A DNA stretch of 64,000 bases from Nitrospira sp. (GTDB lineage: Bacteria > Nitrospirota > Nitrospiria > Nitrospirales > Nitrospiraceae): NCBI GenBank assembly GCA_035761895.1, contig DASTQE010000298.1, forward strand, positions 1,110 to 65,109. The letters run 5' to 3'. Position 1 is the stretch's first letter; each line of letters begins with the position of its first letter. The position numbers and the translations under genes are program-made. This document shows positions 45,251-54,463 of this stretch, piece by piece. Below the pieces are notes generated by a model that ran no database searches, had not been told where the DNA came from, and saw only the letters and a program-made list of their open reading frames with translations.

Positions 45251-46038
45251 AGTTCCACCGTGTCAGCGCGCTGGTCGCGCGCCATCTCTATCTCTACCGG
45301 CGGAGTTTGCCCAGAATCATGGAGATTTTCTATTGGCCCTTTCTGGACCTCGTCATCTGGGGATTCATCACGATGTACCTGGTGAAGTACCAGCCTCAGG
45401 TCCCGGGATTCGTGACGTTCTTCCTGGGAGCCTTGATTCTCTGGGATATGCTGTTTCGTGCTCAGCAAGGCATCACAATCTCGTTTCTTGAAGAATTGTG
45501 GGCGAGAAATCTCATGAATCTGTTCGCGAGTCCGCTTACGCCCGCCGAGTTCCTCGCGTCGACCATCGCGATGAGTATTTTCAAAGTGACGTGCGTTTCG
45601 TTTGTGATGGGCATCTGTGCATGGCTGTTCTATGGGTACAACGTGCTGGTCATGGGGGTGTGGCTGCTGCCGTTCGTTTTGAATCTCGTCATGACAGGGT
45701 GGATTATCGGGGTGCTGACCACCTCCCTGATCATGCGGTTCGGACAGGAGGCGGAGATTCTCGCCTGGAGCCTCGTGTTTCTGTTCCAGCCCATTTCCTG
45801 CGTCTTTTATCCTCTCGAGGTCCTGCCCCTGTGGCTTCAGGCCGTGGCCTGGATCAACCCTGCGGCGCACATCTTCGAAGGCATGCGTGCGGTGCTTAAG
45901 GGCGGCGCTGCTCCGCTCTCCCATCTTGCCTGGGCCGCCGGGTTGAACGGAGCACTTCTCATCGGGGCCGTCGTGTTGTTTTACAAAACGTTTGCCTATT
46001 GCAAGGTGCAAGGCTCGCTGGTGCGGGTCGGAGAATGA
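45247..46038 (+). CDS. ABC-2 type permease
   Basis: About 6 TM; NLMNLFASPLTP.EF; VFYP.EVLP.WLQ.VA..NP. Confidence 0.9.
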   Translation: MKFHRVSALVARHLYLYRRSLPRIMEIFYWPFLDLVIWGFITMYLVKYQPQVPGFVTFFLGALILWDMLFRAQQGITISFLEELWARNLMNLFASPLTPAEFLASTIAMSIFKVTCVSFVMGICAWLFYGYNVLVMGVWLLPFVLNLVMTGWIIGVLTTSLIMRFGQEAEILAWSLVFLFQPISCVFYPLEVLPLWLQAVAWINPAAHIFEGMRAVLKGGAAPLSHLAWAAGLNGALLIGAVVLFYKTFAYCKVQGSLVRVGE

Positions 46039-46297
46039 CGACGGGCTTACACACTTGCCTTCTTGCGATATGACTTAGGTTGTAAACCGTCATGCCCTGT
46101 GTTAGGGTCGAGTGATCTTCGTCGTATGGGCCTCGCGGCGAAGCCGGTTCGTGTGGAGGCCCGGAACATCGATGTTGCCTTGTCCGGGAATTTCGTCGGA
46201 AGTCAGACCCAAGTCGCCGCATGTCTCGCGCCTTCGGCCCGCTCCTTCCCGTTCCTCGCGCTCAAGACAATGTCATTTATTAAAGGAGGAACCCACG

Positions 46298-46630
46298 ATG
46301 GGTTCGAAGATTTACGTCGGTGGTCTGCCCTATTCGGCAACTGAGCAGCAGTTGAGCGATCTCTTCAGCGCGCATGGCGCGGTGGCCTCTGCGCGGATTA
46401 TCACGGACAAGTTCACGGGCCAATCCCGCGGATTTGGATTCGTAGAGATGTCCTCGGACTCCGAGGCACAGGCCGCGATTTCGGCGCTCAACGGCTCGGA
46501 CATGGGCGGCCGGACGTTGACGGTGAATGAAGCGCGTCCCCAGGAGCCTCGTAGCGGGGGGGGCGGCGGCCGCGGCGGTTTCGGTGGCGGTGGAGGCCGT
46601 GGTCCCGGCGGAAAGCGCGATCGCTGGTAA
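46298..46630 (+). CDS. RRM RNA-binding protein with Gly-rich tail
   Basis: AAAGGAGG RBS; RNP2 IYVGGL, RNP1 RGFGFVEM, LTVNEARP, GGGGGRGG tail. Confidence 0.95.
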   Translation: MGSKIYVGGLPYSATEQQLSDLFSAHGAVASARIITDKFTGQSRGFGFVEMSSDSEAQAAISALNGSDMGGRTLTVNEARPQEPRSGGGGGRGGFGGGGGRGPGGKRDRW

Positions 46631-46653
46631 GCGGAGCAAGACCTGGAGCTTTT

Positions 46654-46685
46654 CAAGGGGCGCCATCACGAGATGGCGCCCCTTG
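46654..46685. terminator. Bidirectional intrinsic terminator
   Basis: CAAGGGGCGCCATC-ACGA-GATGGCGCCCCTTG (14 bp) between convergent genes; TATTTT follows on +. Confidence 0.8.
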
Positions 46686-46726
46686 TATTTTGTGGATGAG
46701 TGATGGGAAGCGCACGAACGCAGGGA

Positions 46727-47239
46727 TTAATCAAACCACTCGTCAGCCCCCTTGAATCCGCTGGTATGTTCTTTTTGCAGCGACTCGACAGTAGGCGGAG
46801 GAGCCTGAAGCGTGTCGTGGGCCAGGCTCACCAGCGCCCGGGCTTCCAACGGTTTCGTGATAAACGGGACGCATCCACGGCTGATCCCGTAGCCTTGCAG
46901 GTCCTTGTCGAGATTGGCCGACATCAGAATCACATGCAGTTCTTTCCGCATGCGTAGCGCGCGGATCGCGAGTTCATGCCCGTGCACATGGGGAAACTCA
47001 TTGTCGCCTGAGGCAAAGGAAAAATCCGGAGGCGGCATCACCAAGTCCGTAATCAGCAGATGAATGGGCCCTGCATGGGTCTTACAGATCTTGAGTGCCT
47101 CCGAGCTCCCGGTCGCCGACAGGACCGAGAATCCCGCTTTTTCCAAAAATACGCGGCACAATTGCAAGGCATCGGGATCATCGTCGACCGCCAAAACCGT
47201 TGTCCCCTGAGCGGATGGAGGAGCGTTGAGAGGTGGCAT
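46727..47239 (-). CDS. Stand-alone response regulator receiver with loop insertion
   Basis: VLAVDDD, LLITDLVMP, ILMSA, FITKP; AAGAGGAGG RBS. Confidence 0.85.
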   Translation of the reverse strand: MPPLNAPPSAQGTTVLAVDDDPDALQLCRVFLEKAGFSVLSATGSSEALKICKTHAGPIHLLITDLVMPPPDFSFASGDNEFPHVHGHELAIRALRMRKELHVILMSANLDKDLQGYGISRGCVPFITKPLEARALVSLAHDTLQAPPPTVESLQKEHTSGFKGADEWFD

Positions 47240-47314
47240 GAGCGACCTCCTCTTACGTGGAACACTCGATTACCTCTCAGCCTAGCGCAAGGCGAGACAT
47301 TCGCCTAGTGAAAG

Positions 47315-48772
47315 CTAAAATCCGGCGGGTGGCTCCGTTTCATTGCGTGCTTTGAGTGCATTCAGCCGCGTGGCATCCAATTGCACGTGAATCGACTGTT
47401 CACGGGTCACGAGTACGGTGCCGGGCGCCTGTCCTTTGGCGGCCTTCACCCATTTGCGCCTGGTATAGATGACTTCCCCTTTCCCGCTTTTCCTGAGGTC
47501 GCTGTACAGCAACGCAAGTGTCGCTGCGTCCCTCAACGTTTCCGGTGGAGGATCCGCGCCTTTGGCCAGCCGGACGACGACGTGGGAGCCGGGCGTCCCT
47601 CGCGCGTGGAGCCAGAGGTCCTCGCTCTTTGCCAGGTGAAAGGTCAGCTCCTCGTTCTCCTTGGCATTGCGTCCGACGAAAATAGGCAGGCCGTCCGTAG
47701 AGATGAACCGGCGGAAGGGACCGCGTCGCTTTTGGGCGGGCGGCCGCCGGCTCGAGTCAGCTCCTGGGACGGGAGGTACTGGACGGGTGGGCAGGGGTGG
47801 GCTCCAAGTGCCTTCCTGGATGGATGTGATTTCGCGGCGTACGGCGTCGACCTCCTGCTCGGCATTGGCGATACGCGGACGCAGTTCTCGTTCGGCCGTC
47901 ACATATTTACGGTGCTTTTTGAAATACTCATTCATGTTGTGAAGCGCCGATTTCGTCCGGTCGAGCGGGAGCGTGACTTCGGGGAGCGATGCGTCGTAGT
48001 AATCCACAAGCGTGATTCGGTCCATGCCTGTGGCGATGGCCTTGAGATTCGCTTTCAAGAGTTCGCCATAGCGCGCATAATCCCGGTACGCCGCGGCCTT
48101 GGTCAGATCCCCACGCCAGGCCTCGATCCGTCGAATCATTCTTGCGAGCGATTTCTTGAGTGCGCGAAGCCGCTCGTGTCTTGCGCGGTCGCCCGCCAGC
48201 AGACGTTCCTTGTCCTCATAGTGCGCTTCGATGGCCTGGGAAACCGGAAAGCGGCCAGCCGCGGCCGGTGGATCGAAGCGCGGGGCGTTACCTTTCGTCG
48301 AGGGGGGCCGACGCTGGGAGGGCGCCTCGTAAGAACGACCGACAAGGTCGTGCTGACGATTCAGGTCGCGCAGAATCTGGCGCTGCTCATCCAGCACGAG
48401 CAGATTGGCGGTGTGTCCCGTGAGTTCACAGACAATCGTCCTTGGCCCCTGCCTCGTCGAGACCGTCAAGCTTACGATCCGATCCTCTTCCAGTTGACGG
48501 ATGTCATCCAACCGGGATCCTTGAAGCTGAGCGCGTACAAACTGGCAAAAGGACGGAGGACTGAGGGGGTTGCCCATGGGTTGGCTCAGCAGATGCAGAC
48601 GGGCAGTCTCGGGTTCACAGGACATCAGCAGCCGATGAGTTTCGCCTGGCACGCGGACTTCGAACAGCAGGACGCGGTCGCGGGGTTGGTGGATTTTTTG
48701 AATTCGCCCGTGGAGGAGCACCGGGGCAATCTCCCGTAGCACTAGCGCAATTTCGGTGGCGGTGAGTGCCAT
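47315..48772 (-). CDS. NFACT-family ribosome quality-control protein (RqcH/FbpA-like)
   Basis: GRIQKIHQP, Q...DRIV, CELTGHTANL; C-terminal NFACT-R VGRNAKENEEL...DLWLHARGTPGSHVVV. Confidence 0.88.
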   Translation of the reverse strand: MALTATEIALVLREIAPVLLHGRIQKIHQPRDRVLLFEVRVPGETHRLLMSCEPETARLHLLSQPMGNPLSPPSFCQFVRAQLQGSRLDDIRQLEEDRIVSLTVSTRQGPRTIVCELTGHTANLLVLDEQRQILRDLNRQHDLVGRSYEAPSQRRPPSTKGNAPRFDPPAAAGRFPVSQAIEAHYEDKERLLAGDRARHERLRALKKSLARMIRRIEAWRGDLTKAAAYRDYARYGELLKANLKAIATGMDRITLVDYYDASLPEVTLPLDRTKSALHNMNEYFKKHRKYVTAERELRPRIANAEQEVDAVRREITSIQEGTWSPPLPTRPVPPVPGADSSRRPPAQKRRGPFRRFISTDGLPIFVGRNAKENEELTFHLAKSEDLWLHARGTPGSHVVVRLAKGADPPPETLRDAATLALLYSDLRKSGKGEVIYTRRKWVKAAKGQAPGTVLVTREQSIHVQLDATRLNALKARNETEPPAGF

Positions 48773-49011
48773 GCAGACACGTGGGTGCAGGGTGCGTGGA
48801 ACAGAAATGTGCCGACCCGGTCGCTGTCACGAGAGTATGGCGCGTGATTGTAGCACAGGGCTTCGGCGAGACTCATGAGCACGCCGCTCGTTGCTCCATG
48901 TCACGACAGACACGTACAATCCACACGAGGTTCTGCGCATAGAATTGCAAATCACGTGACGCGTTTCTTCAGGTGTGAGAGTATCCCTTACGTCGAGCGA
49001 ATGGCTGAACG

Positions 49012-49308
49012 ATGACTGATGCGAGTGGTCCCACCGCCGTTCGAGCCAGGATCTCCGTTTCAGGACGAGTACAAGGCGTCGGCTATCGGGCATTCGCCAT
49101 GCGCGCCGCGACTGAGCGCGGGCTCGTGGGCGGCGTGAAAAACTGTGAAGATGGCCGGGTCGAGTTGGAGGCCGAAGGTTCCCAGGATCACATCACATCG
49201 CTGATCGAGGCGCTGAAGATCGGCCCGCCGGCTTCGCGGGTGACCGATGTTCGCGTGGAATGGCTGCCGGCGACGGGTCGGCAGACGAACTTTGCAGTGT
49301 GGTATTAG
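49012..49308 (+). CDS. acyP: Acylphosphatase
   Basis: [30 protein letters not shown]. Confidence 0.93.
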   Translation: MTDASGPTAVRARISVSGRVQGVGYRAFAMRAATERGLVGGVKNCEDGRVELEAEGSQDHITSLIEALKIGPPASRVTDVRVEWLPATGRQTNFAVWY

Positions 49309-49328
49309 CGGGCAATTCTGAGGTCGGA

Positions 49329-50285
49329 ATGGCGGGCAGACAGGACGATTTCTCAGACCACGATGAAGCGCGGAGGCACTCGTCGGGCCATGACGAGGAG
49401 GATGGAGCCGACCTTGAGCAGGCTTCCGATGACGAGAAATCGCGCAGCCGGTCAGAAGGTCTGGATACTCTCAAGAGCTATCTGCGGGAGATTCGCCGGT
49501 CGACGCTGTTGACCTTCAAGCAGGAGCAACAACTGGGCAAGCGGGTCATGGCCGGCGACGAGCAGGCCCGCCAGCAGATGATCGAGTCCAATCTGCGTCT
49601 GGTAATCAGCATCGGCAAGCGGTACATTCACCGCGGATTTCCGTTTTCCGATATCGTCGAAGAAGGCAACCTGGGACTGATCAAGGCCGTCGAAAAATTC
49701 AACTACAAGCGGGGCTTTCGGTTTAGCACCTATGCCTCCTGGTGGATTCGTCAGTATATCGAGCGGGCCATTATTAATCAGGGCAAGCTCGTCCGTCTCC
49801 CGGTGCACGTCGTCGAGCGGTTGAACCGCTACCTCAACAAGGTCGAGGCGCTCGTCCAGGAACTGGGGCGGGAGCCGTCCGCCGAGGAAATCGCTAAGAA
49901 AATGAAAACGACGGAAGAGGAGGTTCTGGATCTCAAGCAGGTTGTGCGCACCACCTGTTCGCTGGACAGCCCGATCAACGATCGTGCCGACACGTTCCTT
50001 CGCGACGTCATTGAGGATCCGATGGGCGTCTCGCCTGCGGATACTGCCGAAGGAGTGATGCGACGGGCCGAAATGATGACCTGGGTCAAAGAGTTGCCTG
50101 AGAAAGAGCAAACTGTTATTGTGTCGCGGTTTGGCCTCGACGGGAGCGAAGCGCGAACGCTCGAGGAGATTGGACGCGATATGGGCTTGACCCGTGAACG
50201 CGTCCGCCAGATAGAAATGGCCGCCTTGAGCCGTCTTCGCCACACCATTGAGCGGAAGACGCTGACACAATCGGATTTGCTCTGA
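49329..50285 (+). CDS. RNA polymerase sigma-70 factor, group 2 (RpoS-like)
   Basis: [51 protein letters not shown]...[10 protein letters not shown]; lacks region 1.1. Confidence 0.9.
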   Translation: MAGRQDDFSDHDEARRHSSGHDEEDGADLEQASDDEKSRSRSEGLDTLKSYLREIRRSTLLTFKQEQQLGKRVMAGDEQARQQMIESNLRLVISIGKRYIHRGFPFSDIVEEGNLGLIKAVEKFNYKRGFRFSTYASWWIRQYIERAIINQGKLVRLPVHVVERLNRYLNKVEALVQELGREPSAEEIAKKMKTTEEEVLDLKQVVRTTCSLDSPINDRADTFLRDVIEDPMGVSPADTAEGVMRRAEMMTWVKELPEKEQTVIVSRFGLDGSEARTLEEIGRDMGLTRERVRQIEMAALSRLRHTIERKTLTQSDLL

Positions 50286-50289
50286 GCCA

Positions 50290-50814
50290 ATGAGCGCTGC
50301 CGAGTATCGATCCCTCATTCGTGAAGTCCCCGATTTTCCCAAGCCCGGCATCCTGTTCTACGACATCACGACTCTTCTGAAAGACCCCAAGGCCTTCGCG
50401 GCGATTGCCGACGAGCTCACGGCCTATTATGGAGGGCAGCGGGTGGCCAAGGTGGTGGGTATCGAATCACGCGGCTTCATCTATGGTGGAATTCTCGCCC
50501 AACGGCTCAATGCGGGCTTCGTGCCGGTCCGGAAGCCGGGAAAGCTGCCTGCCGATTGCTTTGAAGTCAAATATAGCCTCGAATACGGCTCGAACACGCT
50601 CGCCATCCATCGCGACGCGATCGGAATGGGAGAACGCGTGCTTATCGTCGACGACCTGCTTGCCACCGGAGGCACCGCCGCCGCCACCGTCTCGCTCGTC
50701 AGGCAGCTGGGCGGCGAGATCGTCGGGCTCGAGTTCCTGGTCGAGCTCAAAGGACTAAACGGGCGTGAGAAACTCGTGGGCTACCCTGTGCATTCGACCA
50801 TCATCTATCCCTAG
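50290..50814 (+). CDS. apt: Adenine phosphoribosyltransferase
   Basis: [42 protein letters not shown]. Confidence 0.96.
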   Translation: MSAAEYRSLIREVPDFPKPGILFYDITTLLKDPKAFAAIADELTAYYGGQRVAKVVGIESRGFIYGGILAQRLNAGFVPVRKPGKLPADCFEVKYSLEYGSNTLAIHRDAIGMGERVLIVDDLLATGGTAAATVSLVRQLGGEIVGLEFLVELKGLNGREKLVGYPVHSTIIYP

Positions 50815-50842
50815 GGGGCCCCAGGCCTCCTCCTACAACCCC

Positions 50843-50872
50843 TTGTCAAACTCCGACGAGCCGTGTTATAGA
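50843..50872 (+). promoter_or_regulatory. Putative sigma70 promoter of dksA-like gene
   Basis: TTGTCA-N18-TATAGA with TG extended -10. Confidence 0.55.
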
Positions 50873-50922
50873 TGCCGAACTTTTTTTGCCGTCCGGCGTT
50901 TACCCAAGGAGAGGACAACGCG

Positions 50923-51480
50923 ATGGCGACGAAAACACCGCCGAAGAAGAAGCCGATGAACAAAAGCAAAGTTTCAAACAAGTCGGTAACAAAAGCCAGA
51001 CCGGTGGCGGCTGCGGTGATCGAAAAGCCGGTCATCATGGCCGTGTCGCCGCTGGCCGCAAAACCCAAGGAGTCCGCAAAAGAACGTGAAGCGCGAGAGC
51101 GGCGCCGCGAAGCGCTGCACCACATGCTGCTGGGCAAGCGTCAGGAGATCCTTAAGGAGATTGAAGGCAGCCTGGGACAGTCCTTGACCGAAGATCAGCA
51201 GCGTCGGCTCGAATCGGCCCGCGACGTCGGTGACCAGGCGCTCATGGATCTGGACCGTGAGTTGGGCATCTCGCTTATGGAAATGCGCAATCGGCGGCGA
51301 CAAGCGATCGATGAGGCGTTGACCAGACTTCATGAAGGGACGTACGGGATCTGCGCCGAGTGCGGCGTCGAGATCAGCGAGCGGCGTTTGGAGGCCGTGC
51401 CATTTGCGAAGCTCTGCGTCGAGTGTCAAGCCAGAGAGGAACTGCTGGAAAAAATCGAGAAGGAAGAAGAGCGCGACTAG
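50923..51480 (+). CDS. dksA: DksA/TraR C4 zinc-finger transcription factor
   Basis: AAGGAGAGG RBS; coiled-coil tip DVGDQA; GTYGICAECG..I..RRLEAVPFAKLCVEC. Confidence 0.85.
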   Translation: MATKTPPKKKPMNKSKVSNKSVTKARPVAAAVIEKPVIMAVSPLAAKPKESAKEREARERRREALHHMLLGKRQEILKEIEGSLGQSLTEDQQRRLESARDVGDQALMDLDRELGISLMEMRNRRRQAIDEALTRLHEGTYGICAECGVEISERRLEAVPFAKLCVECQAREELLEKIEKEEERD

Positions 51481-51572
51481 TTTCCACTCGCCCTCCGCAT
51501 GATACCCGCATGCTCGGTCAACCCGCCGGTGCTCTCCCACGTTCTTGACGCGGTAACCACGAGGCTCGTGCG

Positions 51573-52274
51573 ATGGTCCAACCCGGAAGCTCCACTCGCG
51601 CGGTCGTCCTCGCGAGTGGGGGACTTGATTCGACCGTGACAGCCGCCCTGGCGCGAGAGGCCGGCCATGAGCTGTTGTGGTTGACCGTCGACTATGGACA
51701 GCGACACGCGATCGAGGTCGAACGGGCTCGTCAGGTGGCCGCCGCCATGGGAGCGGCCAAGCACACTGTGCTCGTGGTAAATCTGCGCGCCCTCGCCGGG
51801 TCTGCCTTGACCGGCGACCTCCCGGTGCCGAAGGACCGCCACAGTGCAGAGCGGAGCCGCGGCATACCGGTCACCTATGTCCCCGGCCGGAACCTTGTCT
51901 TGCTCTCTCTGGCTGCGGCTCATGCCGAAGCGGAGGGCGCATCTCTCATTTATTTTGGCGCGAACGTGCTGGACTATTCCGGATATCCGGATTGCCGTCC
52001 TGAATTCATCCGTGCGTTCGAAGCGGCCGTCAATGCCGGAACGAAGGCCGCTGCGGAAGGAGCCACGCTGCGCGTCCGTGCCCCTTTACTCGAAATGACG
52101 AAGGCCGACATTATTCGGACGGGGATCCGGCTCGGTGTGCCCTTGCACCTCACCCATAGCTGTTACGATCCGGTGGGGGACCTCGCGTGCGGACGGTGCG
52201 ATAGCTGTCTGATCAGACGGGAAGGATTCTCAAGAGCCGGGGTTGAGGATCCCACCAGGTATGCAGTAACCTGA
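51573..52274 (+). CDS. queC: 7-cyano-7-deazaguanine synthase
   Basis: SGGLDST, YGQRH..E, TYVPGRN, YSGYPDCRPEF, SCY...CGRCDSC..R. Confidence 0.96.
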   Translation: MVQPGSSTRAVVLASGGLDSTVTAALAREAGHELLWLTVDYGQRHAIEVERARQVAAAMGAAKHTVLVVNLRALAGSALTGDLPVPKDRHSAERSRGIPVTYVPGRNLVLLSLAAAHAEAEGASLIYFGANVLDYSGYPDCRPEFIRAFEAAVNAGTKAAAEGATLRVRAPLLEMTKADIIRTGIRLGVPLHLTHSCYDPVGDLACGRCDSCLIRREGFSRAGVEDPTRYAVT

Positions 52275-52341
52275 TCGGAAGTCCCTTCGTTTGCGGCAGT
52301 GTTCCGGTGCCGAACCTCGGCGTCGACAGGCGGTGTGGAGC

Positions 52342-52506
52342 ATGAGCGTCTCTCCGGAAGAGTTTTTCATGTATCTCACGATCGGGTTGATCGTCATCGC
52401 GCCGATCGGCGCACGCCTCTATCGCCGCATGACGCTTCAGCGAACACAGAGGATGCTGCGCGAGCAGTTTGAGGCGCACGCCGGACGGCAAGAGGAGCGG
52501 CGTTGA
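52342..52506 (+). CDS. 54-aa single-pass membrane protein
   Basis: GGAG upstream; one hydrophobic helix then basic tail; stop overlaps the next start (TTGA). Confidence 0.55.
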   Translation: MSVSPEEFFMYLTIGLIVIAPIGARLYRRMTLQRTQRMLREQFEAHAGRQEERR

Positions 52507-52901
52507 TTCTGCAGTCGTCGACCGGGCCACTCTCGATGCTGGCGATGACCGTCGCTTTTACGGTGATGGCCGCGTGCGACTCTTCCCCCCCAAAGCCTCC
52601 TGTCGGTGATGCTGCAGTTCCGGCTGAATTCCAGGCCGGCGAGGCGAAGTTCAACGCTCATTGCTCCGCTTGCCATGGGCCTCGGGCCACCGGCACGAAG
52701 CAAGGCCCTCCGCTCGTGCATAAGATTTATGAGCCCAACCACCACGGTGACGCGGCCTTTCTGCGCGCTGCGGAATTCGGCGTCAAAGCCCATCACTGGG
52801 AGTTCGGCAACATGCCGAAGGTCGATGGGGTCTCTTCTGCGGACGTCGAGCAGATCACCGGCTACGTTCGCTGGCTGCAACGGCAGGCCGGCATCTCCTA
52901 A
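52503..52901 (+). CDS. Monoheme cytochrome c lipoprotein (start 52503 or 52536)
   Basis: Lipobox MAAC; CSACH; GPPLVHKIYEPNHHGD...GVKAHHWEFGNMP. Confidence 0.88.
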   Translation: MILQSSTGPLSMLAMTVAFTVMAACDSSPPKPPVGDAAVPAEFQAGEAKFNAHCSACHGPRATGTKQGPPLVHKIYEPNHHGDAAFLRAAEFGVKAHHWEFGNMPKVDGVSSADVEQITGYVRWLQRQAGIS

Positions 52902-52949
52902 CCTGCCGGCGCCTCCCTCCTTTCTGATTCCTGTTCTCCAGCCTTCGGT

Positions 52950-52979
52950 TTGACATTGTTCGCAAGCGCTTCGTAAGGT
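52950..52979 (+). promoter_or_regulatory. Putative sigma70 promoter of SPFH gene
   Basis: TTGACA-N18-TAAGGT. Confidence 0.5.
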
Positions 52980-53068
52980 AAACCTACGAGGTCACGCGGC
53001 TATTGGCCAGAGCGATATTTCGACGCCGTCCTAACTATCGATCGACACACACGTAGAGGAGGGGGCTT

Positions 53069-53902
53069 ATGAGGAGACCAATCGGAGGCATTCTCAGCAT
53101 CGTGCTCGGCGGGTTGCTGCTGGGGCTGTCGGCATGTGCGGCGATCGATGCGGGACACGAAGGGGTGCTCGTTGAGCAACCGTTCTTCTTTGGACACGGC
53201 GGCGTTGATCCGGTTCCGTCAAAGACGGGGCGCGTGTGGCTGGCGCCGACGACACATGTGGTGGATGTGGATGTCCGGCCGGTCCAATATTCGGAACACT
53301 TCGACATCATTTCGGCAGAGAACGCCCCGGTGTCCTTCGACGCATTCTTGATCGCGAACGTGGTGGAAGGCCGTTCGCCGGAATTGATCTCGCGCTACGG
53401 TCCGCATTGGTATCAAAACAACGTGAAGGAGGCCTTCCGGACGTTCGTGCGCGAAGAAGTGCAGAAGTATCCGCTGTTCCAGTTGACCACGGATCCGACA
53501 ACCCGCACCAAATTGCAGGAAGCCATTGCCAGAGAAGTGCAGGTCAAATTGATCGAGAAACAAAATATCCCCGTGCGGCTGAACCGCGTTGTCGTCGGCA
53601 GCATCCTGCCGCCCAAGGGCGTGGTCGAGCAGACGACGCAAACCATCGTGCAGGAACAACGCAAAATCACCATGGTTGAGTTTCAGAAGGCGGAGGAAGC
53701 TCGCGAAAAGGCTGAAAAGCAACGCGGCATTGCCGATCGGGCCTACCGCGAATCGTTGGGCCTGACGGCCCCGGAGTTTGTGGATTTGCGGCGGATCGAA
53801 GTGCAGAAGGAAATTGTCCAACACTCGCCGTCGGCGCTGACGGTGATCATGGGGCTGGAGCGAATCGGAATTAATCTGCCGCCTTTTGGGGCGGAGAAAT
53901 AG
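53069..53902 (+). CDS. SPFH/band-7 (prohibitin-like) lipoprotein
   Basis: AGGAGG RBS; lipobox LSAC; IDAGHEGVLVE; EAEKAREKAEKQR coiled region. Confidence 0.82.
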   Translation: MRRPIGGILSIVLGGLLLGLSACAAIDAGHEGVLVEQPFFFGHGGVDPVPSKTGRVWLAPTTHVVDVDVRPVQYSEHFDIISAENAPVSFDAFLIANVVEGRSPELISRYGPHWYQNNVKEAFRTFVREEVQKYPLFQLTTDPTTRTKLQEAIAREVQVKLIEKQNIPVRLNRVVVGSILPPKGVVEQTTQTIVQEQRKITMVEFQKAEEAREKAEKQRGIADRAYRESLGLTAPEFVDLRRIEVQKEIVQHSPSALTVIMGLERIGINLPPFGAEK

Positions 53903-53911
53903 GACATGACC

Positions 53912-53942
53912 AAGGCGGAGCCGTACAACACGGCTCCGCCTT
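53912..53942 (+). terminator. Perfect hairpin after SPFH gene (no U-tract)
   Basis: AAGGCGGAGCCGT-ACAAC-ACGGCTCCGCCTT, 13 bp. Confidence 0.55.
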
Positions 53943-54187
53943 CCTGCGACTGAGCCTTTGTCATGCGATCTCACGTGCCCACTCGAATCGACTTGCGCTC
54001 CACATCTGTGCGATCCGATGCCCGCGGCCCGCTGCGCTGCCTTGACCTGGCCCACGGTTGAGGTTTAGGTGCGACGGCCACTGTCCTGCCACTAGGCATA
54101 TCCCTGAATGCGCTTCCGACAGAACTATGGAAAGTTCCGGGCGGTGGCAATCGGACAGCAGCCTATGCTGGTTGAAGGAGGCGTGAG

Positions 54188-54442
54188 ATGAAGCGACGAT
54201 CGTCGGAAGATTCGTGGGATGCGCTCAACATCGTGACCGACGCGGCGGAACGTTATCTCAACCGCTCGCCACGATTCAAGCGTCTCGAAGCAGAACGCCA
54301 GGCCTTGCTGGATGCCATCCGGCGAGCTCAGCTCATGCTGTCGGTGAAACGATTGCCGGTGGGTTCCGAATCCGCGTCGGGGGCCTTGACCGTTCCTCGA
54401 AGTCGAGGACACCATCGGCGTAGGAGCGCGCACTCGAGGTGA
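54188..54442 (+). CDS. Small hypothetical protein
   Basis: AAGGAGG RBS; helical-hairpin-like sequence (ALNIVTDAAERYL...LEAERQALLDAIRRAQ). Confidence 0.55.
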   Translation: MKRRSSEDSWDALNIVTDAAERYLNRSPRFKRLEAERQALLDAIRRAQLMLSVKRLPVGSESASGALTVPRSRGHHRRRSAHSR

Positions 54443-54463
54443 CTGCGCGCGAAAGACGGTCGG

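Noticed and set aside
44079-46038. ABC genes after a multiheme cytochrome as CcmAB heme maturation
   Set aside because: The permease looks like a generic ABC-2 exporter; no CcmC WWD motif and no ccmE/F nearby.
47381-48739. Long antisense or alternative-frame ORFs (also 5630-6160, 7115-8011, 39229-40239, 53219-54055)
   Set aside because: They overlap well-supported genes, lack motifs, and are expected shadow ORFs in high-GC DNA.
54083-54160. Sigma54 promoter upstream of the 54188 ORF
   Set aside because: Candidates match only GG-N10-GC or only the -24 half, too weak to support.
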